A stretch of 64,000 nt of DNA, taken from NCBI GenBank assembly GCA_963785725.1, contig CAWAWS010000016.1:320001-384000 (forward strand), in the 5' to 3' direction. Below are positions 1 to 11,161 of this stretch, piece by piece. Position numbers and translations under genes: made by a program. The stretch is from an uncultured delta proteobacterium. Lineage in GTDB: Bacteria; Myxococcota_A; Polyangia; Palsa-1104. The notes under the pieces were generated by a model that saw nothing but the letters and a program-made list of their open reading frames with translations, was not told the DNA's origin and did no database searches. Position 1 is the stretch's first letter. The number at the start of each line of letters is the position of its first letter.

Positions 1-438
1 CAACAGCGCCAGCCGGTTGACGAAGAGCGCGCCGTCGGCCGCCTCCGGTCCGCTGCGCTCGGTGCCGGCCATCGGATGCGCGCCGCAGAAGCGCGAGGCG
101 TCGTGCAGCGAGCGCTCGGCCGCGGCCACGACGTCGAGCTTGGTCGAGCCGACGTCGGTCACGAGCAGCGCGTGCGCGGCCGCCGGCGCGATCGCGGCGC
201 ACACGTCGGCGGTCGCGCCCACCGGCACCGCGAGCACGATCACATCGGCGCCATGCGACGCCTCGAGCGCGTCGCCCACCGCTTCGTCGATGAGCCCGCG
301 CGCCACCGCCGCCTCGGCGTGCTCGGGACGTCGATCGTAACCGCGCACGCGACCGACCGCGCCCGCGCGCCGCAGCGCCGCCATCAGCGAGCCGCCGATC
401 ATGCCGCAGCCGATCAGCGTCGCTCGCGGAAAGATCAC
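1..438 (-). CDS. tyrA: prephenate dehydrogenase, 5' part (runs off window)
   Basis: Read manually: GTG at 438 overlaps the hisC stop (GTGA); N-terminus VIFPRATLIGCGMIGGSLMAA has a Rossmann GxGxxG motif; later VTDVGSTK; follows pheA-hisC. Confidence 0.85.
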   Translation of the reverse strand, partial: MIFPRATLIGCGMIGGSLMAALRRAGAVGRVRGYDRRPEHAEAAVARGLIDEAVGDALEASHGADVIVLAVPVGATADVCAAIAPAAAHALLVTDVGSTKLDVVAAAERSLHDASRFCGAHPMAGTERSGPEAADGALFVNRLALL

Positions 439-1559
439 AACGTGTCCCGGAGCGCCGCCTGCAAGCGCGCGTTCTCCGCCGCCGTTCCGACGGTGACGCG
501 CAGGTGATGAGGCAAGCCGTAGCCGTTCATGGGCCGCACGATGACGCCTTTGCGCAGCAGCTTGTCGTACAGCTGCCGCCCATCGCGCGTGCCGACACCG
601 ACGAGGATGAAGTTGCACTGCGACGGCAACACGTCGAGCCCGAGCGCCGCCAGCGCCGCCGCCAGCCGCGGCCTCTCGGCGTCGTTGCCGCTGCGGGCGC
701 GCGCCACGTGCTCGGCGTCGTCGAGCGCCGCCAGCGCCGCCGCTTGACCGGGCGCGCTCGTGTTGAACGGCAGCCGAATGCGATGCACGTAGTCGAGCAG
801 CTCCGCCGACGCCACCGCATAGCCGACGCGCAAGCCGGCCAGCCCGTAAATCTTCGAGAACGTCCGCAGCGTCAGGATGCGCCCGCGCTTCGACAGATAA
901 TCGAGCGAGTTGGGATAATCGGGCGCGCTCGCGTACTCGAAGTAGGCTTCGTCCATCGCCAACAGCACGCGCGGCGGCAGCTTGGCGACGAGCCGATCCA
1001 TCTCCGACTTCGGCAGATAGGCGCCCGTCGGATTGTTGGGATTGGCGAAGAAGACGATCTTCGTGCGCGGCGAGACCGCGGCCAAGAGCGCGTCGATGTC
1101 GTACTGCAAGGCCGGCGTGCACGGCGTCTCGCGGAAGCTGCGCCGGTTCTTCTGCGCGGCCAGCTTGTAGGCGACGAACGAATACTGCGGCGCCAGCACC
1201 TCGTCACCCTCGGCGCAGAACGTCTGCACCAAGAGATCGATGATCTCGTTGGAGCCGGCGCCGACCAGGATCTGCCCGGCCTCGACGCCGAGCAGGTGCG
1301 CGAGCTTGGTGCGCAGCGCGAACGTGCCGCCGTCGGGATAGCGGTGCGCCTCGGCCAAGGCCGCCTGCGCCGCCGCGATGCCGCGCGGCGACGGGCCGTA
1401 CGGGTTCTCGTTCGACGCCAACTTGATCGCGCCGTCCGCGCCCCAATCGTCGCCGAGCTCACGCTGCAGCTCTTCGATGGGCTTGCCCGGTTCATAAGGT
1501 GCGATGCCGGCGATGGCCGACTCGACGAGATCATCGGTATGACTGCCGCTAAAGCTCAC
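435..1559 (-). CDS. hisC: histidinol-phosphate aminotransferase
   Basis: YEPGKP, KLASNENP, NPNNPTG, DEAY and RTFSKIYGLAGLRVGY (PLP lysine); GTG start overlaps the pheA stop. Confidence 0.93.
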   Translation of the reverse strand: MSFSGSHTDDLVESAIAGIAPYEPGKPIEELQRELGDDWGADGAIKLASNENPYGPSPRGIAAAQAALAEAHRYPDGGTFALRTKLAHLLGVEAGQILVGAGSNEIIDLLVQTFCAEGDEVLAPQYSFVAYKLAAQKNRRSFRETPCTPALQYDIDALLAAVSPRTKIVFFANPNNPTGAYLPKSEMDRLVAKLPPRVLLAMDEAYFEYASAPDYPNSLDYLSKRGRILTLRTFSKIYGLAGLRVGYAVASAELLDYVHRIRLPFNTSAPGQAAALAALDDAEHVARARSGNDAERPRLAAALAALGLDVLPSQCNFILVGVGTRDGRQLYDKLLRKGVIVRPMNGYGLPHHLRVTVGTAAENARLQAALRDTL

Positions 1560-2638
1560 GTTTGTTCTTGCGCCTCCGCGCGCGGATAGGAGCCGAGCAC
1601 CTTGACCAGCTCGCAGCGCTCGGTGAGCGCCGAAATCGCCGCTTGCACCGGCGCGTCGGCGTGATGGCCGTCGACGTCGATGAAGAAGACATAGTCCCAC
1701 GGCCGTTTACGCGACGGCCGCGACTCGATGCGCGACAAGTTGATGCCGGTCTCGGCCAGCGGCTGCAGCACCCTGAACAGCACGCCCGCTTCGTCCTTGA
1801 GGCTGAACAGGATCGACGTCTTGTCGCGCCCGGTCGCCGGCGCCGGATCGCGCCCGATGACGAGGAAGCGCGTCATGTTGTGCACTTCGTCTTCGATCTT
1901 GCGCTTGGTGATCTTGAGATCGTACAGCTGCCCCGCCAATTCCGACGAGACCGCCGCCGCCACCGGATCGTCCTTCGTCAGGCGCGCCGCCAGCGCCGTC
2001 GACGCCACTTCGATGAGCGCGACGCCGGGCAGATTCGCCGCCAGCCAGCCGCGGCACTGCGCCAGCGCCTGCGGGTGCGAATAGACCTTCTGCACGTTGT
2101 CGAGCGTCCCCGAGCGCGTCAACAAGCAGTGGCTCACTTTGGTGACGATCTCGGCCGAGATGCTCAGGCTCGACTCCATGAACAGATCGAGCGTCGAGAC
2201 GACCGCGCCTTCCGTCGAATTCTCGACGGGCACGACGCCGAGATCGGCCAAGCCCTTTTCGATCTCGGTGAACACGCCGGCGATCGTCGGCGCCGGCACG
2301 TAGCGCGCCGACAGGCCGAAGCGCGAGCGCGCCGCGATGTGCGTGAACGTCGCTTCCGGCCCCAAGAACGCCACGCGCAATGGATGCTCGAGCGACAAGC
2401 AGGCCGAGATGATCTCGTTGAACACCGGGCGCAGCGCCTCGGTCGGAAACGGCCCGGTGTTGTTCGCCTGCAGCCGCTCGAGGATCTGCCGCTCGCGATC
2501 GGGCACGTAGAAGGGCTTGTTCAGCTGCGTCTTGAGCGCGCCCACCTCGCGCACGTGACGCGCGCGTTCGTTGAGCAGCTCGAGCAGCTGGTCGTCGAGA
2601 GAATCGATTGCCTGTCGGAGCTCGGGCAGCGTCGCCAC
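1556..2638 (-). CDS. pheA: chorismate mutase / prephenate dehydratase (P-protein)
   Basis: N-terminal LRQAIDSLD...LLNER chorismate mutase domain; PVENSTEG, SHPQALAQC, NMTRF; ACT domain with SRIESRP. Confidence 0.95.
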   Translation of the reverse strand: MATLPELRQAIDSLDDQLLELLNERARHVREVGALKTQLNKPFYVPDRERQILERLQANNTGPFPTEALRPVFNEIISACLSLEHPLRVAFLGPEATFTHIAARSRFGLSARYVPAPTIAGVFTEIEKGLADLGVVPVENSTEGAVVSTLDLFMESSLSISAEIVTKVSHCLLTRSGTLDNVQKVYSHPQALAQCRGWLAANLPGVALIEVASTALAARLTKDDPVAAAVSSELAGQLYDLKITKRKIEDEVHNMTRFLVIGRDPAPATGRDKTSILFSLKDEAGVLFRVLQPLAETGINLSRIESRPSRKRPWDYVFFIDVDGHHADAPVQAAISALTERCELVKVLGSYPRAEAQEQT

Positions 2639-2642
2639 GGTT

Positions 2643-2652
2643 TGCTATACTA
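2643..2652. promoter_or_regulatory. bidirectional overlapping -10 elements for pheA and the dsbD-like gene
   Basis: TGcTATACT (+, 2643-2651) lies 9 nt before ATG 2661; TAGTAT (-, 2652-2647) lies 8 nt before GTG 2638; the gap is only 22 bp. Confidence 0.55.
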
Positions 2653-2660
2653 CCCCGAAC

Positions 2661-3896
2661 ATGGACGGCGGCAATCTCCTCGCGCACGGCTGGTTTCTCG
2701 CCTTCGGATTGGCTTTCGTACAAGGCATTCTGACGAGCCTCACGCCCTGCGTTTATCCACTCATTCCCATCACGATGTCGATCTTCGGCGCCCGCGGCGA
2801 GAACGTCTCACGCGGTCGCGCCATGTTCCTGGCCACGATGTACGTCGGCGGCATCGGCGTCATGTACGCGTCGCTCGGCGTCTCGTCGGCGCTGGCGGGC
2901 AAGGCGTTCGGCACCTTCATGGCCAACCGCTTCATCATCATTCCGCTGGTGCTGCTCTTCTCGGCGATGGCGGCGTCGATGTTCGGCGCCTTCGAGCTCA
3001 GCCTGCCGACGAACCTGCAGACGCGGCTGTCGGCCATCGGCGGCAAAGGCATCGGCGGCGCGTTCGCCATGGGTCTCGTCGGCGGCATCATCGCCGCGCC
3101 CTGCACCGGCCCGGTCTTGGCGACGATGCTGGCCTACGTCGCCACCACGCGCTCGGTGGTGCTCGGCGGCTCCTTGCTCTTTACGTACGCGCTCGGTATG
3201 GGCGTGCTCTTCTTCGCCATCGCCGCCTTCGCCATGTCGCTGCCCAAGTCGGGCCCGTGGATGGAGGCGATCAAGAGCATCTTCGGCGTCATGATGACGG
3301 TGGCGGCGCTCTACTTCGCGCGCAACGTCGTGCCGCAGCTGGCGGCGCACGCCATGCACACGCGGCCGTTCCTCTACACCTGCGCGGCGCTGTTGGTCGC
3401 CGGCGTGGCGATCGGCGGCATCCATCTGTCGTTTCACGACACGCGCGGCAAGCAGGTGCGCAAGGCGATCGGCCTGACCGCCGTCGTGCTCGGCATCTTC
3501 GGCATGATCTCGTGGACGCTGACGCCACCGCCGACGCGGGCGCACGCGGCGCCGCTCAATTGGATCCATGGCGAGGCCGCGGGCATGGCGGCGGCGCGCG
3601 CAGCGCACAAGCCGGCGGTGATCGACTTCTTCGCCGACTGGTGCATCCCGTGCAAAGAGATGGACGTCAAGACGTTCTCGAACGAGGAAGTGGCCAAAGA
3701 GCTGGCGCGCTTTCAGCTCGTCAAGATGGACTGCTCGTCAGACGATGACCCGACGGTGAAGGAAACGACGGCGCGCTATCACGCCGACACGCTGCCGACG
3801 ATCGTGCTCATGGGCTCCGACGGTAAAGTGGCGGTGAAGATCGATCACTTCACGAAGCCCGACGAGCTCTTGCCGCTGCTCCGTCAAACTCACTGA
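2661..3896 (+). CDS. dsbD: DsbD/CcdA-type thiol:disulfide interchange protein with C-terminal thioredoxin
   Basis: SLTPCVYPLIP and IAAPCTGP transmembrane Cys motifs; DFFADWCIPC thioredoxin motif; lacks the N-terminal alpha domain. Confidence 0.85.
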   Translation: MDGGNLLAHGWFLAFGLAFVQGILTSLTPCVYPLIPITMSIFGARGENVSRGRAMFLATMYVGGIGVMYASLGVSSALAGKAFGTFMANRFIIIPLVLLFSAMAASMFGAFELSLPTNLQTRLSAIGGKGIGGAFAMGLVGGIIAAPCTGPVLATMLAYVATTRSVVLGGSLLFTYALGMGVLFFAIAAFAMSLPKSGPWMEAIKSIFGVMMTVAALYFARNVVPQLAAHAMHTRPFLYTCAALLVAGVAIGGIHLSFHDTRGKQVRKAIGLTAVVLGIFGMISWTLTPPPTRAHAAPLNWIHGEAAGMAAARAAHKPAVIDFFADWCIPCKEMDVKTFSNEEVAKELARFQLVKMDCSSDDDPTVKETTARYHADTLPTIVLMGSDGKVAVKIDHFTKPDELLPLLRQTH

Positions 3897-4249
3897 TCTT
3901 CGTCGCGCTTCTCGGCTGCTTCGTCGGTGTTTGCCGCTTCGGGCTCGCCCGAGAAGACGAGCGCGACCAGCGCCACGGCGAGCGCCGAGCCGACGACGAT
4001 CTGCGCGCGGCTGTCGAGGTCGTGCTCGACGCCGCCGGTCGTCGCCCACACGCCGATGGCGGTGACGATCGTGATGAGGCCGGCGACGATGCGGCGCCGC
4101 ACCAGCGCCGCGCCCGCCGCGGCGCCGGCGATGAAGGCGAGCGCCAGCGCCGCCATCTCCGCGTCTTCGCCGGGTAGCCGCAGCTTCCAGATGGCGAAGG
4201 CCGCGCCCAAGCTGGCGACGATGACGATGGCGACGCGGCTTGCGTGCAT
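3890..4249 (-). CDS. small integral membrane protein (about 4 TM helices)
   Basis: Hydrophobic C-terminal part of ORF 3890..5053 from MHASRVAIVIV; fills the gap between genes; start could be 4267. Confidence 0.6.
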   Translation of the reverse strand: MHASRVAIVIVASLGAAFAIWKLRLPGEDAEMAALALAFIAGAAAGAALVRRRIVAGLITIVTAIGVWATTGGVEHDLDSRAQIVVGSALAVALVALVFSGEPEAANTDEAAEKRDEDQ

Positions 4250-4273
4250 CGCTCGATCTTCTATCATGCGTCC

Positions 4274-5440
4274 GTGCAAGCGCGCTGCGTGGTCACCGCC
4301 ATCGGAGTCGTGTCGCCGCTCGGCGTCGGTGAAGCGGCGTTCTTCGACGGGCTCGCCGCCGGCCAAAGCGGCATCGGACGCGACGAAGACGGCACGCCGG
4401 CGGCGCGCGTCGGCGACTTCGGCGCCAAGCAGCACATCGCGCCCGGCAGCTTGCGACGGTTGCCGCGGCTGTCGCAGATGGCGATCGTCGCCGGCAAGCA
4501 GGCGCTGACCGCGGGCGCGCCGCCATACGATCCCACGCGCATCGGCGCCGTCCTCGGCACCGGCTTGGGAACGCTCGACGAGACCGTCCACTTCATGCGC
4601 GGCTATCTCGACGGCGGCCCGGAAGCGGCGTCGCCGCTCTTGTTCCCGTCGTCGGTGATGAACGCGGCCGCGGGTCAGCTGGCGCTCGAATGCAAGCTGC
4701 GCGGCGTGAACTCGACGGTGAACCACCGCGACGCCTCGCCGCTGCAAGCGCTGGCGATGGCGTGCGATCTGCTCGCGCTCGGCCGCGCCGACGCGCTGCT
4801 CGTCGGCGCGGTCGACGAGCTGAACGCGCCGGCGTTGGCCGGCTATCGCACATTCGGCGGCCTCTCCCCCACTGCGATGCGACCGTATGCGACGACGCGC
4901 GACGGCCTCGTCCTCGGTGAAGGCGCGGCCATGCTGCTCGTCGAGCGCGAAGACGACGCGCGCCGACGCGGTGCCACCCTTCGCGCCGTCATCGACGGCC
5001 GCGGCGAATCGGGCGACGTCCGCCCGCGCGTCGGCTGGGGCAGCGACGAGCACGGCGCGTGGCGCGAAGGCGCGCGCGCGGTGAAAGAGGCCGCCGCCGG
5101 CCGCGCGATCGACTGGATCGCCGGCGGCGGCAACGGCACGCGCAGCTACGACGAGCGCGAGCTGGCGACGCTCACGTCGGGCCTCGGCCGGCTACCGATG
5201 ACATCATCCATCCTGCCGCAAACGGGCGAGTCGCTCTCGTCGGCGATGCTGCGGGTCTTGGCGGCGATCTACGCGCTCGAGCGGCAGACGATCGTGCCGA
5301 CGCTCGGCCTGACCGATCCGCTGCCGCACTTCACGACGTCGCTGCCGTCGACGGCGCGCGCAGCCACGATTGATCGCGTGCTCGTCCCGTCGTTCGCCCA
5401 AGGCGGCGCCAACATCGCGCTCGTCTTGAGCCGCGCCTAA
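4274..5440 (+). CDS. beta-ketoacyl synthase-like protein lacking catalytic residues (chain-length-factor-like)
   Basis: VVTAIGVVSPLG, GTGLG, SPLLFPSSVMN, LGEGAA and SFAQGGANIAL KS fold motifs; TACSS replaced by HRDAS, HGTGT by GGNGT, GH by GE. Confidence 0.8.
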   Translation: MQARCVVTAIGVVSPLGVGEAAFFDGLAAGQSGIGRDEDGTPAARVGDFGAKQHIAPGSLRRLPRLSQMAIVAGKQALTAGAPPYDPTRIGAVLGTGLGTLDETVHFMRGYLDGGPEAASPLLFPSSVMNAAAGQLALECKLRGVNSTVNHRDASPLQALAMACDLLALGRADALLVGAVDELNAPALAGYRTFGGLSPTAMRPYATTRDGLVLGEGAAMLLVEREDDARRRGATLRAVIDGRGESGDVRPRVGWGSDEHGAWREGARAVKEAAAGRAIDWIAGGGNGTRSYDERELATLTSGLGRLPMTSSILPQTGESLSSAMLRVLAAIYALERQTIVPTLGLTDPLPHFTTSLPSTARAATIDRVLVPSFAQGGANIALVLSRA

Positions 5441-5454
5441 CGATTACTGCGGCG

Positions 5455-5601
5455 CTAAACAGTGTCGCGTGGGTTGAGAGACGAGCGAGAGACAAGGAGG
5501 GAGCGAGGAGCCGGCGCAGCATACGTTTGGTATGTGAGCAGGCACCGCAGCGCCGGACGCTGGATCTCGCGATGGATCACAGGCCACGCGACACTGTTTA
5601 G
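5455..5601. mobile_element. MITE-like element with 18-bp terminal inverted repeats
   Basis: ctaaacagtgtcgcgtgg (5455-5472) is the exact reverse complement of ccacgcgacactgtttag (5584-5601); TA at both outer ends; internal hairpin gcatac-gtttg-gtatgt. Confidence 0.6.
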
Positions 5602-6155
5602 TTTACGGTGACGAGCTCGGAGCCGTCGCGGCCGCAGAACGTGGCCTCGAGGTCGTACTTCGTGGCGCACACGGGGCAGATCTTGCCCTCGCCGTGGAAG
5701 TGCACCGACGAGGCGCCGCGCGTCTCTTCGCCCTCGACGTGCACGCCGCCCTCGGCGTGCGTCGACTGCCAGATCGGCAGCGGCACCAGCTCCTCGGCGT
5801 CGACCGCGCAGAAGCGAATGCCGGATTCGTAGACGCGGCGGCAGCGCGGGCACTTGCCGCCCGTCGGCGCGCGCTCGGCGGCCGCGGCTTCGCCCGACGC
5901 CACGAGCCGGCAGGCGTCGACCGGGCAGAACACCGTGCCGCTCGGGTAGCTGCGACGACAGGCCGGGCAGCCCATCGGCAACGCGCCCATGGCCGCGCGC
6001 TCGGCGGCCCCGACACGGGAAACACCGGCTCGAAACCACCAGAAGACGGCCGCCGCCGAGGCTGCCAGCAAGACCAGGACGACGCCTAGCCAGACCAGCG
6101 CGCCCGAGCTCGCGTGCACCGACAGAGCCGCTTCGTAGATCGCCACTGCGAGCAT
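5598..6155 (-). CDS. membrane-anchored protein with three zinc-ribbon repeats
   Basis: One TM helix, then CPACRR..FCPVD, CPRCRR..FCAVD and CPVCAT..FCGRD. Confidence 0.75.
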   Translation of the reverse strand: MLAVAIYEAALSVHASSGALVWLGVVLVLLAASAAAVFWWFRAGVSRVGAAERAAMGALPMGCPACRRSYPSGTVFCPVDACRLVASGEAAAAERAPTGGKCPRCRRVYESGIRFCAVDAEELVPLPIWQSTHAEGGVHVEGEETRGASSVHFHGEGKICPVCATKYDLEATFCGRDGSELVTVN

Positions 6156-6215
6156 GTCCGTTGCTGAACGAAAAGGATACCAAGACCAAGGCGCGGCGGT
6201 CAACGCGACACATTC

Positions 6216-7943
6216 GTGCTAGATTCCCGTCGCCGAATGATGCCCGCTAACGACGCGCTGTTCCTCGGCGGCAAGCGGCAAAAGACGGCGCGCCGCTGGT
6301 TTTACCGCGGTGGCTTGGCCGCCGTCGCCGCCCTGTTCGTCGTCTTGATGATGTATCTCGTGTTCTTGCGCATGACGCGCATCGAGCCGCCCAAGGTCGA
6401 TGCCGCGGTGCGTGAGGCGGCCGAGAAGCCGCTCACCGTGCAGGGAGCGCGCGCATATGTAGGCGACAGCTGGCTCGGTCGCGAGCGCGGCATCTGGGAA
6501 GCGCACTTGAACGGCGAGCCCTATCAGCTCGGCTGGGCGCAAGGTCGGCTCGGCAATCGGCTGTTCCTCGAGACCGAGGACTACATGTTCGGCGAGATGG
6601 CGCGCTATGTGCCGTCGAAGGTCGCGCTGTGGCTGATTCGCGTCTACGCGCGCATGCAATATCGCCACGTCGGCGACCTCTTGCCGCCCGAGCGCGCCGA
6701 GGAGATCGCGGGTCTGGCTCGCGGCGTCGACGATCTGCACGGCGATTTTCTGCCGATCTACCACCGCCTCGTCTTCTATCACGCGCTGCACGACATCACG
6801 CAGGGGCTCGAGCATTCGCCGCTGCTCGGCTGCTCGGCGTTCGCGGCCTCGGGCGCGGCGTCGACGAACGGCCACCTCATCATCGGCCGCAACTTCGACT
6901 TCGAAGGCCCCGAGATCTTCGATCGCGAGAAGGCGATCTTGTTCTTCAAGCCGCGCGGCAAGATTCCGTTCGCGTCGGTCGCGTGGCTCGGCATGTCGGG
7001 CGTCATCACCGGCCTCAACGCCGAGGGCATTTACATCAGCATCAACGCCGCGCGCAGCGACGACAAAGGCGGCGAAGGCATGCCGGTCGAGATCCTCGTG
7101 CGCGAAATCCTCGAGCAGGCGCACTCGATCGACGAAGTGATCGCGCTCGTGAAGAAGACGCCGGTGATGGTGCCCGACTTCTACTTGGTCGGCGACGGCA
7201 AGACCGGCGAATCGGCGGTGCTCGAGCGGACGCCGCGGCGGCTGGAGGTGCGCCGCTCCAATCGCGCCGACGGCACCATCGTGCTCACCAATCATGCGCT
7301 GTCGCCGACGTTCGCCGCCGACGCCGAGAACGATCGGTTGAAGCGCTACATGACGTCGGGCGCGCGCTACAAGCGGATGGAGGAGCTGGTCAAGCATTGG
7401 CGCGGCCAGATCGATCCGAAAAAGACGCTCGAGATCCTGCGCGACAAGAAGGCGGCCGGCGGCGCCGAGCTCGGCCTCGGCAATCGCAACGCGCTCGACG
7501 CCATCATCGCCACGCACTCGGTCGTCGTCGACGCCACCGCGCTGACGATTTGGGTGTCGAGCGGACCGCACTTGACCGGGCGCTACATCGGCTTCGACCT
7601 GAAGCGCGAGCTCGGCGGGCAGAGCGAGCGCCCGCAGCCGGCCGACTTGCCCGACGATCCGGTGGCGCAATCGGACGACTTTCACGGCTATACGCTGGCG
7701 CAGGCCGAGCTGAAGGCGGCCGATCGGCTGCGCAAGCTCGATCCCGATCGCGCGCTGGAAGAGGCGCGCCGCGCCGAAGGCTTGGAAGAGAAGCTGCCCG
7801 AGCCGCACCGCTTCATCGGCGATCTCTTGCGCGCGGCCGGCGATCGCGACGGCGCGCGCAAGGAGTATCAGCGCTTCCTCGAGCTGTCGCCGCCGTATCT
7901 GAAGGACATCGAGCAGGTCAAAGGCATCCTGGATACGCTGTAA
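6216..7943 (+). CDS. C45 family Ntn-hydrolase (acyl-CoA:6-APA acyltransferase-like), membrane-anchored, C-terminal TPR
   Basis: Nucleophile motif LGCSAFAA, GRNFDF, GLNAEG, TNH; N-terminal TM helix; start may be 6237 or 6240. Confidence 0.8.
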   Translation: MLDSRRRMMPANDALFLGGKRQKTARRWFYRGGLAAVAALFVVLMMYLVFLRMTRIEPPKVDAAVREAAEKPLTVQGARAYVGDSWLGRERGIWEAHLNGEPYQLGWAQGRLGNRLFLETEDYMFGEMARYVPSKVALWLIRVYARMQYRHVGDLLPPERAEEIAGLARGVDDLHGDFLPIYHRLVFYHALHDITQGLEHSPLLGCSAFAASGAASTNGHLIIGRNFDFEGPEIFDREKAILFFKPRGKIPFASVAWLGMSGVITGLNAEGIYISINAARSDDKGGEGMPVEILVREILEQAHSIDEVIALVKKTPVMVPDFYLVGDGKTGESAVLERTPRRLEVRRSNRADGTIVLTNHALSPTFAADAENDRLKRYMTSGARYKRMEELVKHWRGQIDPKKTLEILRDKKAAGGAELGLGNRNALDAIIATHSVVVDATALTIWVSSGPHLTGRYIGFDLKRELGGQSERPQPADLPDDPVAQSDDFHGYTLAQAELKAADRLRKLDPDRALEEARRAEGLEEKLPEPHRFIGDLLRAAGDRDGARKEYQRFLELSPPYLKDIEQVKGILDTL

Positions 7944-7973
7944 AGCCGGCTCCGCGCGGCCGGTCAGGCGCGC

Positions 7974-8020
7974 TTGACAGGGCGCGGCGCCGACCGATAC
8001 TGAAGCAAATGCTTCAGTAT
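7974..8020 (+). promoter_or_regulatory. ArsR promoter and autoregulatory operator
   Basis: TTGACA (7974-7979), 16 nt spacer, GATACT; perfect 10-4-10 inverted repeat atactgaagc-aaat-gcttcagtat (7997-8020) covers the -10 and the ATG. Confidence 0.7.
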
Positions 8021-8332
8021 TCGGCGCTCCTCGACGGCGTCTTTCACGCGCTGTCCGATCCCAGCCGGCGGCTCATGCTCGAGCGGCTGACGCGCGGTCC
8101 GGCGTCGCTGACCGAGCTCGGCCAGCCGCTGGCGATGTCGCTGTCGGCGGTGGCGCAGCACCTCAAGGTGCTGCAAGCGTGCGGGCTCGTGCGCTCGGAG
8201 AAGCGCGGGCGCGAGCGGCTCTGTCACGTCGAGCACAAGGCGCTCGATGTGGCCGAGAGTTGGCTCGGCAAGCGCCGCGCGCGCAGCGAACGGCCGCCCG
8301 AGCCGGCGACGCGCGTGAAGAAGAGCCGCTGA
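8009..8332 (+). CDS. ArsR/SmtB family transcriptional regulator
   Basis: LDGVFHALSDPSRRLML...MSLSAVAQHLKVLQACGLVRSEKRGRER. Confidence 0.88.
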   Translation: MLQYSALLDGVFHALSDPSRRLMLERLTRGPASLTELGQPLAMSLSAVAQHLKVLQACGLVRSEKRGRERLCHVEHKALDVAESWLGKRRARSERPPEPATRVKKSR

Positions 8333-8347
8333 TTCGCGGGTCGGACG

Positions 8348-9838
<1,491 letters not shown>

Positions 9839-9842
<4 letters not shown>

Positions 9843-11161
9843 TCGTCGGCCTCGTTCAGCAGCTCTTCGGCCAGATCGATGCGCATGCCGAAGTTGTAAC
9901 CGGCCAGCGCCCCCGATTTGGCGACATTGTCGACGTAGCCGCCGGTATTGACCGCGACCACGTGGCCGGCGGCATTGAAGATGGGGCTGCCCGATGTGCC
10001 GCCCGACGTGAACGCGGAATGCTGGATGAGCCGCGCCGCCGCGACGGTGCCGGTCTGCCCGTCGAGCGTCGTGACGCGGCCGACGACGCCCTGCACGAAC
10101 GTCGCTTCGGGCGCGCTCGGATCGGCGAGGCGACCGGGAAAGCCGTAGGTGAAGATGGAATCGCCGGTCGCCAGCGCGGAATATTCGGCGGCGGTCGCCA
10201 GCGTCGCGTGCGTCGCCAACGTGCCGTCGACTTGCAGCCAGCCGACGTCGGGCGTGATGCCGGCGCCGCCGGGCACGAAGGCGCTCGTGCGCCGCATGCG
10301 CTCGACCGGCAGCGACGACTGGCCGTGGCCGTTCTGCACGACGACGATGTGGCCGCCGCGCCGGCGCAGCTCCTCGGCGGCGACGACGCAGTGGGCGTTG
10401 GTGACGAGGCGCGTGTCGGTGACGGCGAAGGCGCTGCAAAAGCCGTCCACTTGGCCGCCCGGCGCGCGCGTGGCCAAGAGGAAGATGTCGTCGTGGTTGG
10501 CGCGCGCGACGTCGGTGCCGTTGACGGCGACGCGGCCGAGCTCGTCGGTGAGCGCGTCGAGCCGCTTCTGGAGCGCCAGCCGATCGGCGGCCGACGCCGC
10601 GCGCTCGAGCTCCATGACGTGCACCATCTGCTGCCGCAACGCCGCTTCCGACGGCGGCCGCAGCTGGCGATAGGCCATGACGACGCCGCCCAAGCTCACC
10701 AGCAGCAGCATCGACATCGCCAGCAGCAACAGGCGCAGTTGGCGCGGCTCACGACGGGCTTTGGCGAGCGCGTCCTCGATCATGAGCGCCACCGTGCGCT
10801 GGCCGACGCGCTTGCCCTGCGGTCGCGTGGCGGCCGGAATGTCGTGGCGCGGCGTCTCGTACTGCACGCGGACGCGCGGCCCGCCGGCGCCGAACTCGAT
10901 CTCGGCGCCCGGCGGCACGGCGGCCTTGGCGACCGCTTGTCCTTGCAGCCGCGTGCCGTTGGCCGAGCCGAGATCGAACACCCACAACAGATCGCCGTCG
11001 CGGCGCAGCTCGGCGTGACGGCCGGACGCGTCGCGATCGCGCTCGGCGTCGAAGGCGACGTCGTTGTCGGGCGCGCGTCCGAAGCGGATGGGTCGAGCGG
11101 AGTCGAGCGTCAGCCGCTGGCCCGCACGCGCACCGGCGACGATGTCGACCACCACCTTCAC
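9839..11161 (-). CDS. FHA domain - TM - trypsin-like serine protease
   Basis: FHA motifs FGR, SGRHA, DLGSANGT; TM helix; protease triad in TNAHCV, PDVG and GGTSGSP; GTGA/ATGA coupling with neighbours. Confidence 0.85.
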
